A stretch of 64,000 nt of DNA, taken from contig CAWALG010000041.1 of NCBI GenBank assembly GCA_963782815.1, forward strand, positions 184,310 through 248,309, given 5' to 3'. How positions within the stretch are numbered: position 1 is the stretch's first letter; every line of letters starts with the position of its first letter. This stretch comes from an uncultured Acidobacteriota bacterium. Its GTDB lineage: Bacteria; Acidobacteriota; Thermoanaerobaculia; UBA5066; Gp7-AA6. Positions 56,982 through 64,000 of this stretch are shown here, piece by piece. A program made the position numbers and the translations under genes. Below the pieces are notes generated by a model. That model saw only the letters and a list, made by a program, of their open reading frames with translations. It did no database searches and was not told the origin of the DNA.

Positions 56982-58296
56982 GTGAGCGGAGGGGCGCTGC
57001 CCGAGAGGCCGCTCACGTGGCAGCTCTGCGCCGGGTGCGAGCGGGAGCTGTCGGCCTTTTCGCCGGCGAGCCAGTGCCCCGACTGCGGAGGGTTGCTCGA
57101 GGTCCGGCATCGGCCGCCGCTCCCCCACGAGCGGGGAAAGGCGCTGCGCGCCCTCTTCGCGGGCCGCCGCGGTCCCGATCCGCTCGACGCCTCCGGAGTC
57201 TGGAGATACCGCGAGCTGGTGCTCCCGGAGGCGCGGCACGACGAGGTCGTGACGTATCCGGAAGGGAACACGCCGCTTCTCTCCCGCGAGGCGGTGTCGC
57301 GATTCGCGGGAGTCGAGGGTCTTCTCCTGAAGCACGAGGGGATGAACCCGACCGGCTCCTTCAAAGACCGCGGCATGACCGTCGGAATGACGCAGGCGCG
57401 GCGGATCAGGGCCCGCGCGGTCGCGTGCGCCTCGACGGGAAACACATCGGCGTCGCTCGCGGCCTACGCCTCGAGCGCCGGGCTTCCCGCGCTCGTCTTC
57501 GTCCCGGCGGGCCAGGTCGCGCTCGGCAAGCTCGCGCAGACCCTCGCCTACGGCGCGAGGACCCTCCTCGTGCGCGGCGACTTCGACGCCTGTTTCGCGC
57601 TCGTCCGCGAGGCGGCCGAGAAGCTGAACGTCTATCTCTTGAACTCCGTCAATCCGTTTCGCATCGAGGGGCAGAAGACGATCGTGCTCGAGATGCTGGA
57701 GCAGCTCTCGTTCGAGCCTCCCGACTGGATCGCGCTGCCCGCGGGGAACCTCGGCAACACGTCCGCCTTCGGCAAGGCGCTCAGGGAGGCGAGCGAGCTC
57801 GGCCTGATCGCGCGGATGCCGCGCCTCGCGTGCATCCAGGCCGCCGGCGCCAATCCTTTCGCGCGCGGCTTCCGCGAGGGCTTCGCGCGGCCGCACCGCG
57901 TGAAGGCGGACACGATCGCGACCGCGATCAAGATCGGCGATCCCGGCGTCGCTGGATCGAGCCACCGCGGCCGTCCGCCTGACCAACGGCGTCGTCACCG
58001 ACGTGACCGACGGCGAGATCCTGGAGGCGAAGGCCGTCGTGGACGCCTCGGGCGTCGGCTGCGAGCCCGCGAGCGCGGCGAGCGTGGCCGGCGTGCGCAA
58101 GCTCGCGGCGGAGGGAGTGATCCGCCCGGGCGACCGGGTCGTCGCGGTCCTGACCGGGCACATCCTGAAGGACCCGGGGTTGCTCCTCCGCTACCACCAG
58201 GAGGCCGACCCGCCCCCGCCCCGCGCCAACCGGCCGATCGAGATCGAGGCGACCCTCTCGGCCGTCGAAGAGGTCCTCGGCCGCGAGCCGCAATGA
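56982..58296 (+). CDS. thrC: Threonine synthase ThrC with N-terminal Zn-ribbon-like extension; 1 frameshift near 57955
   Basis: QLCAGCERELSAFSPASQCPDCGGLLEV (CxxC...CxxC), YPEGNTPLL, EGMNPTGSFKDRGMT (PLP lysine), ASTGNTSAS. C-terminus ...VAVLTGHILKDPG in ORF 58003..58296. Start (GTG 56982) uncertain. Confidence 0.7.
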
Positions 58297-60015
58297 CGGG
58301 TTCGCTCGAGCGTCTGCTGGCGAGGCTGGACCGCGCGAAGAAGCGCCGGCCCGGGGCGGGCGAAGCGGCGCGGGTGCTGCGATTGCTGCGAACGCGCGAC
58401 TTCCCGGACGCTCCGAGCCTCATCCGCTTCCACGACGCCGTCCTCTTCCTGCGCGCCTACCCGCACTCGTCGGACAGTCCTGCGCCTCTGCGAGTCCATC
58501 CTCTCGACGTTTGGCCCGCGCGTCGAGAGGCTCAAGGCGTCCGGCGCGGACCTTTCCGCCTTCGATCACCCGGAGGTCTCGGGCATCGTCGGCACGTCCA
58601 TCACGACGGACTACTCCTACGACGTCGTGCGGTGGCTGAAGAGGCGCTTCGGGAAGAGCGTCACGATCGACTGGGAGGGGTACGAGGGGGACGACCGCCT
58701 GCGCGCCGCCCTGCCGGCCTTTCTCCCGCTCCTCGAGGAGGAGGCGCTCGAGGACGCGAACGTCCCGTACCGGGACTACCTGGAGACAGCCCGCCTTCGT
58801 CAGGACGATCTCTCCTGGCTTCTGGCCCGGATCGAATCGCTGGCCCTGCCGGCCGGGGAGGAGGCGGAGCGCTACGACGCGCTCGGCCTCTCCGTCTCCT
58901 GGAGTGTCGGCGACGGCCGCGCGACCCGGACCCGGATGCGGCGCCCGGCGCGAAGCATCGTCTTCCACGACGAGCCGCTGATCTCCCGCCGCGACGTTTC
59001 GCTCGCCGCAGGAGTTCGCCTCGCCGCCTCTTCCGATCCGGAGGCTCTCCCGGCGCGAGGGGCGCGCGATGCTGGAGATCGCCCGCGAGGCGACGGCGTT
59101 GCGGTATCGCGAGTACTACGCCTTCACTTACGGCGATCCGGCCTCGATCCTCCAGGCCGCGGCGGGGCGGGGCCTCGAGATCACTCTCATCGGCGCCGAG
59201 GCGGACCGGCGGCTTCCCCTGCGCGCGAGCTACGGGGGCTTCCTCGTCAAGAACGGCGTTCCGATCGGGTACTTCGAGGCCCTGGCGTTCTTCGAGCGGA
59301 TGGAGGTCGGCTTCAATCTCTACTACGCGTTTCGCGACGGAGAGTCCGCGTGGATCTTCGCCCGCTCCCTGAAGTTCCTGAGGCAGGCGCTCGGCGTGAC
59401 CTCGTTCTCCCTCGATCCCTACCAGATCGGCTACGAGAACGAAGAGGCGATCGCCTCCGGAGCCTTCTGGTTTTATCGAAAGCTCGGATTCCGCTCGACC
59501 GACCCGAACCTGCGCGCCCTGACCGCCCGCGAGGAGACCAGGCTCGCCGCCGACCCGGCCTACCGGACGCCCCCCTCGATTCTGCGCCGGCTGGCCGTTC
59601 ACAACCTCCTCTACGACGTCCCGGGCTCCGGCAATCCGAAGATCCAAAATCCAAAATCCAAAATCGCCCTGGGACCAGTTCCACGTCCGCAACATCGCCC
59701 TCGGCGTTGTCGCCCGGATGGCGCGGGAATTCGGAGGAGACGGGGCTGAGAATCCGGTCGGCCTCGGAGACTCGCGTCGCGAGACTTCTCGGGATGGACC
59801 CGCGGCGCATGACGGAACCCGAGCGGCGCGCGTTCGCCAACTGGGCTCTCGTCCTCGACTCGATCGCGGATTTTCCGCGCTGGCCGAAGGCGGACCGCCG
59901 CGCCGCCGCGGAGATCCTCGAAGCGAAATCCGGCCCGGTCGAGTCGAGCTACCTGCGACTCCTGCGGCGGCACGCGCGTCTGCGCGCGGCGATCCTCGAG
60001 CTCGGCTCCCGCTGA
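58293..60015 (+). CDS. Hypothetical protein co-transcribed with the thr operon; at least 3 frameshifts; contains intragenic (CAAAATC)x3 repeat
   Basis: ATG overlaps the thrC stop (ATGA). Readable segments MTGSLERLLARLDRAKKRRPGAGEAARVLRLL..., ...YSYDVVRWLKRRFGKSVTIDWEGYEGDDRLRAALPAFLPLLEEEALE..., ...YYAFTYGDPASILQAAAGRGLEITLIGAEADRRL...FWFYRKLGF..., ...MTEPERRAFANWALVLDSIADFPRWPK...ILELGSR. No family recognised. Confidence 0.4.
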
Positions 60016-60035
60016 TTCGCAGGCAGACGTTTTCC

Positions 60036-60150
60036 CTGATCCTCAGCCCTTCGCTCTCTCCTGTCATCCTGAGCGCAGCGAAGGATCTGCTCCGGTGGCT
60101 TCGGTCTCCGATTCCGCTCGTCGCCTGGCTCCTCGGGATGACAAGGGGAG
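60036..60150. repeat. Palindromic repeat, family A
   Basis: cctgtcatcctgagcgcagcgaaggatctgctccgg...cctcgggatgacaagggg. Confidence 0.75.
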
Positions 60151-60300
60151 AAGTGGGCTCGCGACAATAGAGAGTTAGACGGCCCGAAAGGCCGCCGAAT
60201 CGATCCGGCGCAGGTCGTTCCTCGACACGGGCGCCAAGGAAAGGAAAACGGTTGGTCCTCAACTGTTTGTCGCCTCGAGCGACGTCGTGAGTGAAGTGCG

Positions 60301-63300
60301 ATGAGACACAGGATCCTGTTCGCTTCCATAATCTGGACATTCTGCGCGATCGCCGGCCGCGCGCAGAGCGGCCCGGACAACGATCCGGACGCGGCGCCGG
60401 GCTACGTCAACAGCGTCTTCCATCACGGGCAGGTGGACTCGATCAACCTGTACAACGGTCAGCTGACGATCCCGATCTCTCTTGGGCCGACCTATCCGGT
60501 CGGGCCGAAGCTGAAGTTCCAGGCGGTCTTGACGTACAGCTCGCGCAAGAACGACTACGGCCATCCGACGATCCAGCCGCCCGATTACGTCTATTACCCT
60601 TTCGTCGGGCAATCCGGCGCTGGGGCATGGCTGGGAGTTCACGCTGGGAGCGATCAAGCTCTGCAAGCAGGGCAACACCGGCGGCGTACTGCTACTTCGG
60701 GCCGGACGGAAGCCAGCACATGTTCAATCAGGGGTCAAAGACCGGGAGACGGGTCGCAGCTCTACCTGACCGGGATCCGGGCCCTTCGAGATGTGGGATG
60801 GAGACGGGAACCATTACGTCTTTGGCTGGCAGGTCTCGGGCCTGGACGACAGCCCGCCGGTCAGCCCGGGTTACATCCACGACTTCGGCATGGGCCGCGA
60901 CGGATGGTACCTGACCTCGGTGACGGACCCGTTCGGAAACTCCTATTCCGTCGGCTATTACACGGTCGATCCCGCCCTGCTGGAGTTACGGGAGCCCGAC
61001 GGGGGCCTGCTCGCTGACGCCGGTGATGAACTGTCCCGACGAGCGCGGTTGCGACATGGATCCCGCGGGTCGTGGCTCTTCCGACTGGGACGATGCAGAT
61101 CCTGCTGCGCGCCGCAGGGCCCGACGTCCAACATGATCAGCGACTTCGTCTTTCCGGTGCCGGGGGGAGCGTCGGCGGTCTGGTCGCTCTCTTACGAGCA
61201 GGTCTGGGACAACTTTCATTACTGCTCGTCGTTCGCGACCTACATGCCGGTGCTGGTGCAGCGGATCACCGAGATCCGCGCTCCCCACGGATCTGGCAGG
61301 CTCCCCGTCCTACACGTTCTCGAACTCCTGTCCGTTCACGATGACGCTGCCGACGGGCGGGAGCATCGCCTACACGTTCGGGCTGTACACCTTTTTCCAC
61401 GGCCGCGCCGGCGCGGTGGTGCCCAATTGCCAGGGGATGACTCCCCAGAACGTCCAGTACGTCGAGACTTCGTTTCCGGAAGTCGTGCTCCCCCTCGCGA
61501 GCCCGGATCCTCCGCGCCGCCGGGTCCGCGGCCGGCCGCGACCTGCTCGCCGGACAATGAAGCGCGCTGGGTGGATACGGTCAGCGGGGTGCTTCGCCGC
61601 GACCGAGACGATGCCCGCGGTGGGGACGGCGACGACCGACTATACCCAGTACAGCTTTCCCGTACGGCGAGCGAGGGTTCGATCAGCGCCAAACAGGACG
61701 CGGAGACTCTGACCGTCGTGCTCTTGCCCTCCGACGCGGACAACCGGCGCCGGGCCAAGGCGGTGCTCTTCCGCAGCTCTCCGGTGTCCATCGGGCCGGC
61801 GGGAACGCTCTTCAACGAGCCGGGAGATCGGGTTGGGGCGGACCTGGAGGAGCGGGTCTTCGACGGCGATCCCAACACTCCGGCGCCGCAATCCCCACGA
61901 GCGCTCCGCCTGCATGCGGCGCCGGCGGGCGATCAGCCGTTCTGCGCCTCCAGGGCCGTGCGCGTGACGCAGCGCGTCTACGAGTACGACGACGCGGGTC
62001 ACGAGATCGGCAACCGGCGGCTGAAGGTCGAGACTGTCTGTTATGGCCCGGCCTCTTCCGACGGGAGCTGTTAGACGGGCCTCTCCCATACCGTGGCTTT
62101 TTCCAACCCGGCGGGCGTGGACTGGGACGCCAATGGCCGCCACTACAACATCGAGCAACACTCCGGGACGCTGGGCAACGACGCGCGCACGGTGACGACG
62201 ACGTGGACTCCTTCGGTCTCGCCCTGGCTGCCCAACCTCTTCAACCGCCGCACCGAGACTCAGGGCTCGAGCACGGTGGACCACTATTTCGAATTCACGC
62301 CGTCCAACGGGTTCTTCCGCGGCGACTTCCTCCACGACGCGAGCCGGCAGATCGTCTTCCTGACCTGCCGCTACGACGACGGTTCGGGCAACGTCGGGCA
62401 GGACTTCTCGGCGACTTATCCGGGCTGGCCCAGCCCACCTCCTTCCGACTGCCTGCTCTCGGTTCTATCCGACTTACCCGACCGACGGGCGTCGGAGTCA
62501 ACGGCGACGCGTTCGGGAAGATCTCCACGCACCGGAACGGCCAGCTTCTGTCGGCGCGTTGGATGGCCAATCCGACGACGCCGGCCGGCTGGTTCGTCAA
62601 GAACCTCGTCCGCGACCCGGCGACCGGCTGGATCACCTTCTCCGCCGACCCGGCGGGGCTCTGGACGAGCTACTCCTATGACAGCCTGGGGCGGGTGACG
62701 AGCATCTTCCCGCCCGCCGACGCGCCGACCACAGTCAGCTACGACTCGACGACGCAGACGACGGCGACCCGGGATGGCGGCGCCGGCCTCTTCACGCTCG
62801 AGCGTTACATCTACGACGGACTGGGACGCGCCAGCCGCGAGATCCGCCTGATGCCGTCCGACTCCCCCTCCCCTTATGCCGTGCGCCTGACTCAGTACGA
62901 CGCCGCCGCGCACACCTCTTTCGTCTCCGAATGGGCGGGCTGCTCCGAGCCTGGCCGCCTGCGCCGTCTCGACGCCCTCGGCAGGGACGAGATCCTCCAA
63001 CTTCGATCCTCTGGGCCGGCCCCAGACCACCCGCAGGCGCCGACGGGCGACCACGACCTCGATCTCCTACGCCGACGGCGCTTCGCTCTTCTCCGACACG
63101 CAGAAGGCCGTCACAGTCGCCAACATCAACGGCGCCTGCGCCGGCGGTGCTGCTCGGGCGGCAGCTCCGCGACGACGGCCTACCGTTACGACGCCTTCGG
63201 CCGGCTGACCTCCGTCACGGAGCCCGGAGGCGCGGACGTGACGAGCTACGCCTACGACGCCAATGGTAAGCTCACCGGAGTATCGCAGGGGGTTCAGACG

Positions 63301-64000
63301 CGAACCTTCGACTATGACGCGGCGGGCTTCCTTCGCTCCGAGACGACGCCGGAGAAGGGCGCCGTCACTTACGACGCCTACGGCAGCCTGGGCAACCTGC
63401 TCTCGCAGACCGAGCCCGGCGGTCTCGTCTCGACCCGGACCTACGACTTCGCCGGCCGGCTGACGGGAGTCGTCTCCGGCGGCCAGCGATACCTGACCAA
63501 CTGCTACGACGGCCAGGGATGCGTGGATGGAAGCCCCGGCTACCCCGGCGGCCTCCATCCGGCCGGCAAGCTGACCCGGCGCATTGCCTTCAACCCTCTG
63601 TCGCCTTCGGCCCCGACCGTGACGGAGGATTTCTCCTACTCGGACCCCGCCGGCAGACTCTCCAGCCAGGCGACGACGATAACGGGCGGAAGCAATCTCG
63701 CGACTACCCAGCAGTGGCAATTCAACGCGCTGGGTCTTGTGGCGCATCACTCCCATCCGCGCCCCGACGGCGCGACGCCATTCGTCGTCTCGACCGACTA
63801 TGACGCCGGCCTGCCCAGAACCCAGTACTTGAACGGCCTGCCGGTCGTCACCGGCATCACTCACCAGGTCTCCGGCGCCCTGGCCTCCTACAGCACCGGT
63901 CTCGGAGTCGGGCATAACGTGACGACGACGATCTCTCAGGATGCGTCGCTGCTCCCCCGGCCTACCCGCATCTCTGCCACAGCCGAAGGCGCGCCCTCGC
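60301..64000 (+). CDS. RHS/YD-repeat family protein (large secreted, toxin-delivery-like), 3-prime partial and heavily frameshifted
   Basis: Signal peptide MRHRILFASIIWTFCAIAGRAQS. YD/RHS repeats across frames: MWDGDGNHYVFGW, GWYLTSVTDPFGNSYSVGYY, YSYDSLGRVTSI, YAYDANGKLTGV, TFDYDAAGFLRSETTPEKGAVTYDAYG, TRTYDFAGRLTGV. Continues past the window end. Confidence 0.65.

Noticed and set aside
56889-59372. 827-aa ORF treated as one protein
   Set aside because: It is a composite. The first about 30 codons are the thrB C-terminus, the middle is thrC, and after the thrC frameshift the remainder is an out-of-frame Arg-rich read through the downstream hypothetical gene.

Overview
This is a high-GC (about 70%) bacterial chromosomal window dominated by a large membrane-glycosylation island. 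It is probably from a soil lineage such as Acidobacteria, Rokubacteria or Gemmatimonadota, although no taxonomic marker was checked.

The most notable content is a complete polyprenyl-phosphate pentose donor pathway of the mycobacterial decaprenyl-phospho-arabinose (DPA) type. It comprises a UbiA-family decaprenyl-phosphate phosphoribosyltransferase (DPPR synthase) homolog (4029..4971), a DprE1 homolog (27951..29309) and a DprE2 homolog (27169..27951).

These sit among about ten GT-C-type integral-membrane glycosyltransferase-like proteins (GT39/ArnT-like, DUF2298/YYY, TIGR03663-like, PIG-V-like). Four of them carry C-terminal NHL beta-propeller or PA14-like domains.

Accessory sugar-modification genes are also present: three GT2 polyprenol-phosphate glycosyltransferases, a Glf-like FAD enzyme, a DegT aminotransferase, an FdtA-like cupin, an SDR epimerase, two methyltransferases and an NPCBM lipoprotein.

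Flanking content includes a membrane Ser/Thr kinase, a split NHEJ LigD (phosphoesterase gene plus ligase-polymerase gene), lipB-lipA, a 2-oxoacid dehydrogenase E2, a LiaF-like protein, a LytS/LytTR two-component pair, a RES/Xre (DUF2384) toxin-antitoxin, a thrA-thrB-thrC operon and a frameshifted RHS/YD-repeat protein.

The intergenic space is filled with at least four families of small palindromic repeats. The most unusual are hairpins whose arms are tandem heptamer arrays (GGTAGGT, CAGGTGT, CAGTTGT, AGGTCTA).

Many genes (about 25) are interrupted by frameshifts, often as compensating pairs, and there are two in-frame stops, while several very long genes are intact. This points to consensus or indel errors rather than biological decay, so all frameshifted calls carry reduced confidence.
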